From Microbotryum violaceum (taxonomy: Eukaryota), in assembly GCA_001244265.2 (NCBI GenBank), contig CDLV01000010.1:1364001-1428000 (forward strand): 64,000 nucleotides of DNA, given 5' to 3'. The notes beneath the pieces were generated by a model that worked only from the letters and a program-made list of their open reading frames with translations, was not told the DNA's origin and searched no databases. A program made the position numbers and the translations under genes. Of this stretch, positions 11,043-24,626 are shown one piece after another (within the stretch, counting starts at the first letter, position 1; every line of letters begins with the position of its first letter).

Positions 11043-11624
11043 CTTATCTGCACCGACGGACGGGAAAAGTTGTGAGCAGCGAAGCGAGCTCACAGCTCCG
11101 AAAGCCAGTGGCAGCCGTGGCGTGGCACGCCAGCGTGCTGAGAGAGTGGTGGATACAAGCGAGCTGACGAACGGGGCCAAGTAATTAACATCGCCAGCCA
11201 GGCCTTTAACAGGGAGGACGTCGATTGCGAAGTCGTTTTGGCCCGTTTCGACGACGGCTCATCGGCCATGGCATTGGACGACATGGGTTGAATCTAGTAG
11301 ACTGTCACGGGAGACGTTATCATAGTTGATGCACTATGAGTGAAGGAGAAGGGCGAGGTAGGGGATCGATGATGGCGGGCCAATCGCCATGACTTGGTCG
11401 ATGGAAAGAACTCTGTAGAATTTTTGCCTTGCTGTGCAAGCCGAGACTTGCTTTGATCGGTAGAGATCCGTTCACTAGGCCATACCACCACCAATGTTGG
11501 CACATTATGAGTTTATCTCATCACGAGCTTACACACAGGCCGGTCTCTTGGGTGTATTGCAGCTCCTGCCTACGTGCAAACGAAAGGTTCCGGTCAGAGT
11601 TCACCATCACGCTAACCTCGTTCC

Positions 11625-11944
11625 CTAGTCCGCCCTCGCCCCGTTCTCCCGCCTGCTTTCAACAAGAGCCTTGGCTTTAGCTAATCGTTCCTGCAGAATC
11701 TCGAACCTCTCCCGGTTCTCTGAAGCCAGGTCCCTTTCCACGCGCGTTTTCTCGTCGGCCAGCCACTGGCGGATGAGGAACCGCGTTAGCACGCTACTAT
11801 ATTGCCGCGACTGCATGGCCGATGAGGCTCATAACCTACCGGCATGTAGTAGTCCCTCACGACATCTGCAGAGTGGACAAGAGCAGACCCAACGACCAGT
11901 ATTTCTGCGGCTTTTCGGACCAAAGTTCGATGGACCAACAACAT
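11625..11944 (-). CDS. Predicted 81-aa microprotein, hydrophobic segment plus coiled coil; intron 11766-11839
   Basis: MLLVHRTLVRKAAEILVVGSALVHSADVVRDYYMP|gtaggt...gctaac...cag|WLADEKTRVERDLASENRERFEILQERLAKAKALVESRRENGARAD*. Confidence 0.65.
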
Positions 11945-12418
11945 GGCAACCCGCACCTGCATCCGAGACGTAGTGAGGAATCGGTGAGCACGAGCGGGCG
12001 CACGGCCCTAACAGCTAGGTAGCAGTGATGCCGCCTCGGCACACCGAAGCCGAGTGGCGGCTAGGGCTTGATACCGCAAGCCCAGTTGAGAGACTCACGG
12101 TAGTTATGACAGTGAGAGGGTCTACAACGATACAATGAAGAGCATCAGCGGACTGTACTGCAAGAGTGCTCGGTCGGTGATCGCCGACTGGCGGATCTTT
12201 ACCCAGGCCGTGACCAGCACCAAGTGCCCGCGTCAGTCCGGCGTCTCGGCACGTAGGACGCGTCATCTCGCGGCAGGTCGCGGCAAGCCATTATGACACT
12301 GCCACGCACGAGCTTTGGAGCAGTCGAGCGACAACAATAGTGCGTGGCAATGTCATAATGGCTTGCCGCGAGATGACCCGATTCCTCACATACGTCTCGG
12401 ATACAGGTGCGGGTTGCC

Positions 12419-12745
12419 ATGTCATCCGTCCTAGAACCCTTGCTCCGCAGAGTTTCCCATAACTTTATTGTGACCGTCGCTCTGGTTCAATGTGCCTACG
12501 TCGCGAGGAGCTTCTACATCCCGGTACGTCATGAGGCTCATCGCCGCATGCGGTCGCGGCAACATAGGAGCATGCTAATGCGGTTCTCCATCGGCCAGAC
12601 ACCCAGCGACAGGCAAATCGAGCTCAAAAAATTGCTCGACAGGGTGGATAGGAAACTTCGTGAAGTGGAGACGCGTTTGGAAAGCAAGGGGGAGAACGGG
12701 ACGAGGGCGGACACGGAACGAGGTTGGCGTGATGGTGAAGTTTAA
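12419..12745 (+). CDS. Predicted 83-aa microprotein, paralogue of 11625-11944; intron 12524-12598
   Basis: MSSVLEPLLRRVSHNFIVTVALVQCAYVARSFYIP|gtacgt...gctaat...cag|TPSDRQIELKKLLDRVDRKLREVETRLESKGENGTRADTERGWRDGEV*. Confidence 0.65.
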   Translation: MSSVLEPLLRRVSHNFIVTVALVQCAYVARSFYIPVRHEAHRRMRSRQHRSMLMRFSIGQTPSDRQIELKKLLDRVDRKLREVETRLESKGENGTRADTERGWRDGEV

Positions 12746-13078
12746 GCGGGATTTTTCGTATGCACTTTGGCAGAAGCTGAAATACACCCAAGAGACGGAA
12801 CTGTGTCTGGGCTTGTGATCAGATAGACTCATAATGTGCCAACATTTGGTGGTGGTCTGGCCCCAGTGAACGGATCTCTCACGATCAAATCAAGTCTCGG
12901 CTTGTGTGCACAGCAAGGCAAAAATTCTACAGAGAGTTCTTTGCTTCGAGCAAGCCACGGCGATCGGCCCACATTGGCTCTCCTTTGCCCTCATCGATCG
13001 CCTACCTCGCCCTTCTCCTTCACTCATAGTGCATCAACTGTGCCAACCTCTCCCGTGATAGTTTACTAAACTCAATCC

Positions 13079-15635
<2,557 letters not shown>

Positions 15636-15813
15636 ATGGATGTAGGGCCTTTGTAAAACTAGAGCCTCTCAGTGCGTTTGGACATTGTGAAGAAATCGAC
15701 CGGAACTTCGCTCGATCTTGTCGAAGTGAAGGATGCTAAAAAGTCATTTGTGTTTCTACTGTCCTGTCTACATTGTCTGTGATGCGTTTGAGGGTTTCGA
15801 GATCATCGAACGG

Positions 15814-17955
15814 TCACTTGAACAACGCCGGCTTGGGCCCTTTACCATACTGATCAAAGACGAGCGAAGCGATCGCTTGTGCGAGATCTGTCACCAATAC
15901 GTGCAACTAGTCAGCATCATACTCAACAAACAAAAAACCCAATACGACTTACCGTCGGCGTCCTTCCTCGTCTTGGCCTCAGCATAAACTCTCACGCAAT
16001 CCTCGGTCCCACTAGGTCTGACGAAACTCCTCCCCTTCTCGACCTTCCCTACGACCTCATCAACCTTAGCCTGTAACCCCTCCGGTTTGACAACTTTCCT
16101 CTCCGCATCCGTCGTCTCAAAGATGGTCCTATCCTGAACGAGAACTTTGACAAGTCTGTTCGGAAGATCGGTATACGACGCATCCCAATCGTAGGGACTC
16201 CATTGAAGATGAAGCAAAACGGTCTCGACGAGCAAAAGGTCCGATAATGCATCACCAACAGTTTGGTTGATCAGTTGGGTCAAGGCGAATAGGTTCTTGG
16301 ATGCTTCGGAGGCGGTGGGGGGGATTGCGCTCGCTTCGATGAGGGATAGGCATCGAGGGGAGAAAAGTACGGTGCCGTGCCCGTTGGCTTCAAAGTAGAC
16401 ACCGATGTCGTAGGATTCAGCGGCGTGGTGAAGGTACTTGACTCCTGTTGGGGTGCAAGTTACGGGTACTTTCTGTAGGCTTAGGAGAATAAATTGAGAC
16501 TCTGGTGCCACTAAAAGATCACAACCACGTCGATCGGACTGACCAATTTCTCGGCCAAATACTCCGTCGAAGCCCCGTTCGCATATGCGGTCTGCACGAC
16601 CCCGACCTTGACCCCGCCTTGCAATCCCGCCCTGTGCACCAGATCGATCAGGAACTTGGCCGCCAGAGTAGCAATCTTATCCCCATCCAACAAGTGGAAC
16701 GTCCCTTCCCCATCGGCAAAGTAGTAAACGATCCGATCGGCATCCCCATCAAAGGAGCAATACCGTTGACCAGGGATCATTTGAATCCCCGGTGGAGAAG
16801 TTTGACGGGTCTTGACGTAGTCGGCTCCGCAGTCGTGGTTGAGAGCCCCTCGGGTCGTGGTGGCTGTTTTGACGAGGATCAAGGGGAGGATCGAGGGGGT
16901 GACGATAGGAAGAAAGGAGGAGACGGCTTGGGATCCGACGCCATTGGCGCAGTCGACTGTCAGAGCAGGGAGAAGCGGTCGGCCCGTCTATTGAAGGTAT
17001 TGGATGCATCAGCAACACTGACGAGAGAATGAGATGATCCGGACAGAGTACCAACCCACAGCAAGTGTTGCGTAGGCCTTGGCCAACTTGTGGTAGTACC
17101 CGTCGAGGGTCGGTTCGCCGTATGCCTCCTTGGTCCCTTCGGTGTTGTAGCACCTCACGAGGTAATGCAACTGCGGCGTCGTGACCAATCCCGCATTCGT
17201 CTCCTTGACGACCATACTATCCAACCCATCATGTAACGCCTTGACCAAAGCAGGACAAGACGGCCTCGTATCGTACCCAAAGACGACGTAGCCGGAGCTG
17301 TTGAAGTCGATCTTTTCAGACGAGATGAGATCGAGCAAGGCCTTGTAGAGTTGTTCTTCGTTGCGTGCGTTAGCGAGCTTCGTTGCGTGGGCTTCCCATG
17401 ATGAAGTCAACATCTCGCCTTGTGGGTCGACGACTTTGACGCCATTGTCCTGTCGTGTGGTTTTCGGGGAAAAAAGATTTGCACACGATTCGCAAAGGGG
17501 TCAGTGCGGTTCGGAATAGAGGTGGTCAAAGCGACTGACCGTTTCCACGTTATGACTAGCCGTAATCATGACTCCGACTGTCTTGCCCAGTTTCTTTGAC
17601 CTCAGAGCGGCGAGGAGGCCGACTCGGAAGACGACCGATTCGAGCAAGTCGGCACTAGCGGTCAGGCAGCCCAGTCCGTCCCACAAGTGGGGGGAATTCG
17701 AAACACATCCCGGCGAGTGCACGTGCCCGCGGACGATTTGACCGTGATGGGTAGGACACACATGGAAGCATAGAGACTCGAGAGTCAGCCTGAAATGCTC
17801 ATAGCTACTTGTCACGCGTTGATACGCGACTCGCGGGCGACTTACGCGCATCGAAATCCGGCGGTGCCATACGCGAAGACGTGTGTCGGCGACGGGCGTG
17901 GATGCGACAGCGAGCGATGGCGGATCAATGTCTCGTGCGGTGCAGACAGGGACAT
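15814..17955 (-). CDS. PCM1: Phosphoacetylglucosamine mutase, multi-exon
   Basis: YGTAGFR, MITASHN, SFDGDADR, GVYFEANGHGT, RSFVRPSGTED. Confidence 0.95.
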
Positions 17956-18268
17956 GGTTGGAGTGCGTGGTATGGAAGTGGAACGGAGAAGACTCGACGT
18001 TTCGAAAGTGAGCCCGTGCACGTAGCGTGAAAGCAGCAGAAAGTGAAAGTAGCGTGAGCCCATTTTATGCGTTAAACTCCGCATCGTGCTCGGCCGATGT
18101 CCCGCGCGCAAGTACTGCGCAAGTTGGCTCTCGATCGTCCACTCCATCGCTCCGAAGCTCCGCCGTCGCCCTTCTTCCACCCTCGCTCTTGGGACTAGCT
18201 CCTAAAAGCTCTCCACGTTTGCGTTTGGTTCTCCTCCTCACATCGCCACCAATACCACCACTCCCACT

Positions 18269-18734
18269 ATGTCGGCACCACCCTCCGGTATCCCCTCCAA
18301 CTACGCGGGTCCGTCGACCGGCTCGTTGACTGCTTGCATCCTATGCCTACCCAATACTAGTCCTATACTGACACGGTCAACACGTCCTGTGCACCATTCT
18401 AGACATCATCGCTTCGCGCGAGGAAAAGATCCGGCAATCGTGGATCAACGTTATGGAGGCGCGCTTGGTGCGAGAGGAGCTGCAAAAATGCTGGCGCACC
18501 GAGGGCGTGAACCACTACGAGCAATGCTACGACCTGGCGCAAAAGTACCTCACCTTACTGAGGACGAGCAAGGTTCGTTTGTCTGAGGTTGGCGTCGGAC
18601 TCGCTTGCGTCGCAAAGGACCGCGCGTGCTTCGTTGGGTTTGACGTTCCGTTTGAGCGGGTGCGATGCTGACGAGATCCTTTGATGACACTTTGATAGAT
18701 CGAGGGCTTCAGGAAACTCGATTTCGAGTCATGA
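18269..18734 (+). CDS. NDUFB10: Complex I accessory subunit, NDUFB10/NIDM (12-kDa) type
   Basis: REEKIRQSWINVMEARLVREELQKCWRTEGVNHYEQCYDLAQKY; two introns; divergent from PCM1. Confidence 0.8.
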
Positions 18735-20193
18735 GCGCGACGAATTATCTTATTTGAACGCGTTGTTGGGCGGAGGCGTAATGGACGAGTGCGACATCGC
18801 AGGTGTGGAGGATCTTCGGGATGTGTGTACGACTAGAGGGAGTGCATCAGAAGCACTATGTTTGAAATTGCGAACATGGTGGTTCCAACAACCCAGGGAG
18901 GCAACGCTTAGATGCATGACGGATCCCAACCACGAGGAGCGGCCGTGGATGGCGGGAGGCGACATTTGGGGAAGTATGTCAGGGGATAAGGATGAAAGCT
19001 GATATTGCATCCAGTGAGTATTCTTCGGCGCGGTTATAGTCTGAACAATTCCTTTTCCGACTCCCGACCCACACTCCTGCGCCGAATATGGATCCTGTAA
19101 CTCAACCGGCGGTCAATCAAGGCGGGAGGGCCTTGGATACGAACGATCATTGCGGATGAAGAGGACTGGATGGAACACACTCTGCACGGACTTGGTGGGG
19201 AATTACACAGGCCCAATCTACGTCAAGTCCACGGTCTTGGGTGTGCCGACACAGATCCAGTAGGAGACGCAGGGTTGAGCTCTAACCGGTCGCCGTCGTC
19301 GGTGGATACTTATTGTCCAAGCTTTGGAGAGTTGACGCGTTTCCCTTCAAGCGGAATGGAAGAATAATGTATATCGCGACTGGTGGCCCGATGGGAACCC
19401 TTAGCGGTTTCGAGGGGCGAGGTTGGGGAAGACCTGAAGGGCTGTCGTGTCTGGGTTGAAGTACCACCGAAGGTATTAACAGAGCGAAATTTCGAGCGCA
19501 CGCAGCTTCTCGTATACCTCGGCCTCGCGGCGTCTCTTTTAACGGGATGAAGAGTTGAATTTCCTTCTCGTTGAGACCGGTGGTCCAAAAGTTTCATCTT
19601 GGTGCGTTGAGATATTGCTGACGATGGTTGCCACGATCGAGGGAGAAAAAGCGGGAGCCACCGTGTGCTCACTGTCCCAGAGTCGAGAGCGCTCCACACG
19701 CAACGGCCCGCTCGGACCACTTTTACTAATAGGCCTTTCCGAGCTTTGAGCTGCTGCAGCTTGACTTCAGCTTCATCACAAGGCTACCCACTTGACACAT
19801 GATGTTCTGAAGCTATAAGAGCTTAGTACATCACTGGTGCGAAAGTGATAGAATACTTGCCATGATATAGCAAACCACCCTTTTTTGGATCAGAGAATTC
19901 GGTGGGCAAGCGGGCCAGACGCGCCGCTAAGGCGCTAATTGAATGTGTCAGCCCCGCCCAGGGGGGATCGGAGCGAATTTGTTGAGCTTAGTCTGAGCCT
20001 CTTCGGATGTAAGGTATGCGCTCTGATTACCGTTTACCCTAACTAGTTACCCTAACTAGTAAAAAAGACAAGCCTCGATTATACAACATGCCCGCAACCG
20101 CCCCAGTGATGACGATGGAGCTCATAGTCTTTGGCCCATTGGACGGATGCTTCGTGCGTCGACGCACGGGAAACCATTGGTGAACAAGGCGAG

Positions 20194-23100
20194 CCAAAGG
20201 ACCGCATTAAATCAGATCAGATCAGATCTGATGGGGGTCAGATCAAGTTCAGATCAATCAAGCCTCGAGAGGAAAAATCCAAAAGTAGGCGGTACCTAGA
20301 TGGTGCCATTGTGATTTGAAATGCCAACTGCGGCGCACCTGATCACTGCATGAGAAAGAAAGGAGCGCGCCATCTGCCACTGCATCTGGCATCGCCGCCG
20401 CATTGGGTGTCGGCCCGGCGCCACAGGAATACTGCAGGGTGTGGTCCTCCTCTGATGGGCCTTCGTTGCAGTGTCAGGTGCTGACTCATTGCAAACACTT
20501 TCTCATAGGGAGCATGCGACCCAATCCAGACATAGAAGCGGGGAGCTCCTCCAAAAAGCGGCGGCTTAGCAAGGTGATCACTTTGGAGGATGATGACTCG
20601 GAGGATGAGGATGAGGATAGGTGGTTGGTGATGAGAGGGGTATTAGGAGTTGACTGAGGAATTGATCAGACAATATGGTTAAACGGCAGTAGGCAGTATT
20701 GTGTCTGATCATCAGTTGGCATTGCCAACTTGCCCTGACTGCAAGGCATACGTCAGCCACTTGTACGGAGGCTGCAGTGCTACTAGCAGGCCACTTGTTA
20801 GTTAGCTTGCGCCTGAGTGACAACACTTCCTCTTTTCTCCGTCTTCATTCGCTCTCGTACGAAGATTGACTGGCGTGTCGCTCAGGTCATTTATATGCGA
20901 GTTTCATAGCGTCTCACCCACCTACCACAATAGCTCCAGTTGACCTCCCTCTCTTGCGGGACTTCAGTGAAGAGGATGGCGACGCATTGAAGCCTCAACC
21001 TTTGTTGACGTATGACAGCACTTCCTAACGGTGTGGGAGGAAGGAATGGTTGTAATGAACATTGTTGGAATATGGGATTATCTCGCGGGAAGAGCCTACG
21101 AGAAGCAGAGCAACTCTCGATGGACTCAGTCGGTGGGCAGCCAATTTCAGTGCCATGGCCCGGGGTAGGGTAGAAGAGCACGGCTCAGCTGTGTGATGCT
21201 GCAAATGAGGTGGGCGCCGCAGCCTTTGCCCGAGGTCCCATGGAAGGCGATGAAAATTGTGTTTAGTTCACTGCAGATAGCTCGCGCGCGCCTGGAACCT
21301 CTCTTGGCTGCCGTTAGGTCACTGACCCGAGGTTCTAGACGTGGGTTACTACCACTTGATCCTGTCTATCGTTTTTTTCTGGAGCACGGCTGCACGCGAT
21401 GCTTCCACAGAAGAGGAAATTGCAGCAAAGAGGGCCCCGTAATCTGGTGGTGTGAGAATGACGACCGATATAAAAAGGATGCGGGGAAGGAGAGCGCAAT
21501 GATGGAGCGGCAGAAAGAAGCAATTACAGAACGGAGGCAAGGACCTCTTATTGAAGCAGCAAGGGGTCAATTTTGGCCTTGGCGACGCCAATAGCCGGGC
21601 CCATCTTGCCGTACGCGAATGAATGCGCGACGTAAAAGGTCTGAAAAGAGGGTCGCCACGACGACGATACGTCGCACGAGAGGTCAGTGACGTGCTTTTG
21701 GTATCGCGGGTCGGACACTAGATCAAAGCGCTTGTACTGACCCTCATTGCCAGAGATCCAAGTATGATTTCAGCAAATGAGTACTCCGCTGGTATGATTG
21801 CTAAAATACACTTCCTCGGTTCGCTTGGGTAGTCTGATAAAAGAACGTAGCATGTTCATGACGGGTCAGCTGGCCGGATTTGCGCAAGCAAGTTCAGACC
21901 AAAAGGTGGCCTGGGACGTGGACCGAAGCTTACATGCGATGTTGAACAACGACAGGGGCATTTCCATGGTCTGACCGCCAATATTGAAGCCGAATGTTAT
22001 CTTCTCCATCTCTTTGCACCCGATCTGGTAAAAGGGAGTTTCTGTACTATTGACGAAGGCGCCGATTGCAGCGCCGAGCCAGCGTGGGACGACCGTGAGG
22101 CTGCGCGAGTTATGCGTTCGCATTGTCAGCTCTAGCACAAATCACCGCATCGAGAGAGACTTACGGTGACCAGGTTTGGAAATAAACGATCTTGTTGTCC
22201 TCGTGCGCGACAGGCTGCCCATTTATTGTGAAGGCTGTGGTCTTGATCATCCACGAGGTCGAATTCACGCCCTCCAGGAGGGGAGCCCACGCTATTTGGC
22301 CCTTGTAAGCGCTATGATCGATCGCACCGATATCGACCGTGCCGCCAGTATCGGTGAGAGAAACGGCAAACAAGGGCTGGGCAATCGCGTTGGAGCTGAT
22401 AAGGGTTTGCACCAAGGTCGGAGGGTTCGAGTTAATTCCCAGACCCAAAAAGCCACAAGCCCCAATCTGCAAGTCCATGTGATCTTCCAGGTTCTCTCCA
22501 TTGGTTGTGGTCGTGAAAGATACGAAGGATTGGTTCGCGATCTCCAAGCCACCAAAAGTGACCGAGTCTTGATAGTAGTCGCCCTTCGCTATGCCTGTCA
22601 GGAGGGCAAAAAATTAGTATTAGCGAATGCCAGGGACCTATGTTGCCAGAGTGTAGGGGTGTCCTTACCATCTCCAGATGTGTAAGAGGCCCCTTTGATA
22701 GCGTGAGGCGATTTGGTCGGATCGTAGGTACTATTGCACTTTGTGGGTGACCCCTTGGCGTAAATACTCAGTCTTTGGTGCGTAGATTCAATGCAGAAAC
22801 GCAAGTCAGCTTTCAGTGGTTCATTAGCCGAATCTGACAAGCATAATCGGGGAACGTACTTGGGGCCATCCGTGTCGAGCACGAGATTGCTGATCTTTTG
22901 CGACCCGCCGGGACCAAGCCCAACCGATACGTTCCAGGCGCCGTCTTCCTGAGGGAAGACAGGCGCTGATCCCGACTTTAAGGCCCTTCCCACGACCCTC
23001 GCTTTCTTGGCGTGGAACATGTCCTCCATCTCTTGAGCTCGCTTCAAGAGATTCAAGTGAGCAGTTTGGTCTCTAGTGGCGGCCACGGCTTGAGCTTGGC

Positions 23101-24623
23101 GACGTTGATGATGTTGCTTGATGGCGCGCTTGACGAGTCTACGGAGATGGACAACAAATTGAAGAGGTGATATTGTGAGGCTTCAGTAAGTTGCATCTTT
23201 ATATTCTAGACTAGATCAACTTGGAGGGGAACGGGAAAGCAGAGGGTGCGGCGTGATCGGAGATCGAGCGCTCGAGCCTCGAACTAGCGCTACGCACGCG
23301 GGGAGACCAATTTTAGGGCACCCCGTGATTCTCATTCGTCGAGTTTTGAGGCGTTTCGCAAAATATGAGGATGGGAGAAGCTCGGATCTCAAATGACTGA
23401 GACATGGTAGCTCGATGCGGTACTCACTTCGCGTTCACGTGTCCATCAACGCTGAAAAATTCACGGAGCTGCGGAGTCCTGACGTCGAGCTTGAACGAGC
23501 GCGGCTGGTGGTTGCGGAGGCCTGCATCGTGGTGGGCTTGAGTAAGGTGGCCCAACAGGGGGAGGAGCGCGAACAAGGCCGAGGGGACTCGCATCTTTGC
23601 GAGGGAACGGCGGGGCGAAGGTACACCGGGTGAAGAATGAGGGTTCAGATGGAAGGAAAGGAGACGTCGGAGGCAAGTGGACCGCACGTGAAAGTTGCTA
23701 GATGTGAAGCCGGAAAGAGGGAAGAGTGGTATGTGGGACCGAACGGCTCGTTCAGTTCTAGGGTTGGAGATGAGAGAGAGAAAGAGAGAGAGAGAGGAAG
23801 AGGAAGAACCCCCGAGTCGCACACTTTCTCGGGGATCATTTTTTCGGCCCTTCCGAGTTTGGGATCCAAAATGGACAGGTCGACGGGGGCCCCTCCGTTA
23901 GTCGATTCGCAGCTTCGAATCGCGCTACGAAACTCGACTAGCGGCCGGGTGCTTAGGTCGTCGATTGCGCCATGTGGGTTCTCCGTTACTCCGAATTCAG
24001 ACTCATTGAGATGGATTGAGATGTGCTGTGATAATGTGTACTCCGGTAACCGCATGTCTCAATTCCTCGCGGTCTGATGTGGTTCAACTGCCACCGTTCA
24101 AAGCAGCTGAGCGGGCAGCTCCAGCTTCCACAGCCGACGTTACATTGGTAAGCGCGTACGCAGGAAAGACATGGGAGCTAGAGTATTCTTTCAAGATCGA
24201 CCCTAGCCGAACTTGAAAGCGTCGATTTCCGAAAAAAAAACCCCGGCTTGAAGTCGAGATGAAACGCGCTACGCAACGCGAGACTCGGTGCGGCTAGCAG
24301 CGATCGGGATAGGGGCGCCAGATGCGGCCCTTCGGCTTTTACTGACGGCCATAGTATGATTCTCGGTCGCGAGTCGGCAACTGGCAGTTCGAGGGACAAG
24401 TGAATGATGAGGATGAGGATGAGGATGAGTGGAGGAAGGAGATGAGGATTTCAACATGTAGACATGTAGAAGTCTTTATGTGCCAAATTAGGCAATTACA
24501 TGTCTCAGATCAATTTGATCTGCTCAGATCAGATCAAGATCAGATCAATCAAGGCAGAATCAGAAAAATCCAGATCTGATTTGATCTGATCTGACGGTGA
24601 TCTGATCTAATGCGGATCCTTGG
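20194..24623. mobile_element. Degenerate hAT-like DNA transposon ends; pairing of the two ends uncertain
   Basis: Imperfect TIR ccaaaggaccgcattaaatcagatc / gatctgatctaatgcggatccttgg. ATCAG subterminal arrays at ~20210-20260 and ~24505-24608. APASTADV (~24118-24141) resembles the hAT dimerisation motif PASSxxVER. No TSD found. Confidence 0.5.
21548..23594 (-). CDS. Secreted pepsin-family (A1) aspartic protease homologue, probably catalytically inactive
   Basis: Signal peptide MRVPSALFALLPLLGHLTQA and a KR-containing propeptide. WNVSVGLG...LVLDTDG, GFLGLG, PLFAVSL...GGTVDIGAIDHSAYKGQIAWAP, IILGSLAMR|TFYVAH...IGVA. Confidence 0.85.
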
Positions 24624-24626
24624 TCA

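Larger units (their letters stand above)
10266..11183. repeat. Tail-to-tail inverted duplication (arms ~10266-10675 and ~10728-11183)
   Basis: Arms are reverse-complementary and give near-identical translations, e.g. WRATPWLPLAFGAV vs WRATPRLPLAFGAV. Confidence 0.95.

Noticed and set aside
18750-20000. Short ORFs between NDUFB10 and the hAT-like end
   Set aside because: No recognisable motif or consistent exon chain.
20035-20060. ttaccctaactag x2 as a telomere seed or Helitron end
   Set aside because: Only two 13-bp units, no CCCTAA array, and no clear subterminal hairpin.
21193-21594. ORF with GCTRCFHRRGNCS as a Zn2Cys6 factor
   Set aside because: Spacing is incomplete, there is no supporting gene model, and it overlaps the 3' end of the protease-like gene.
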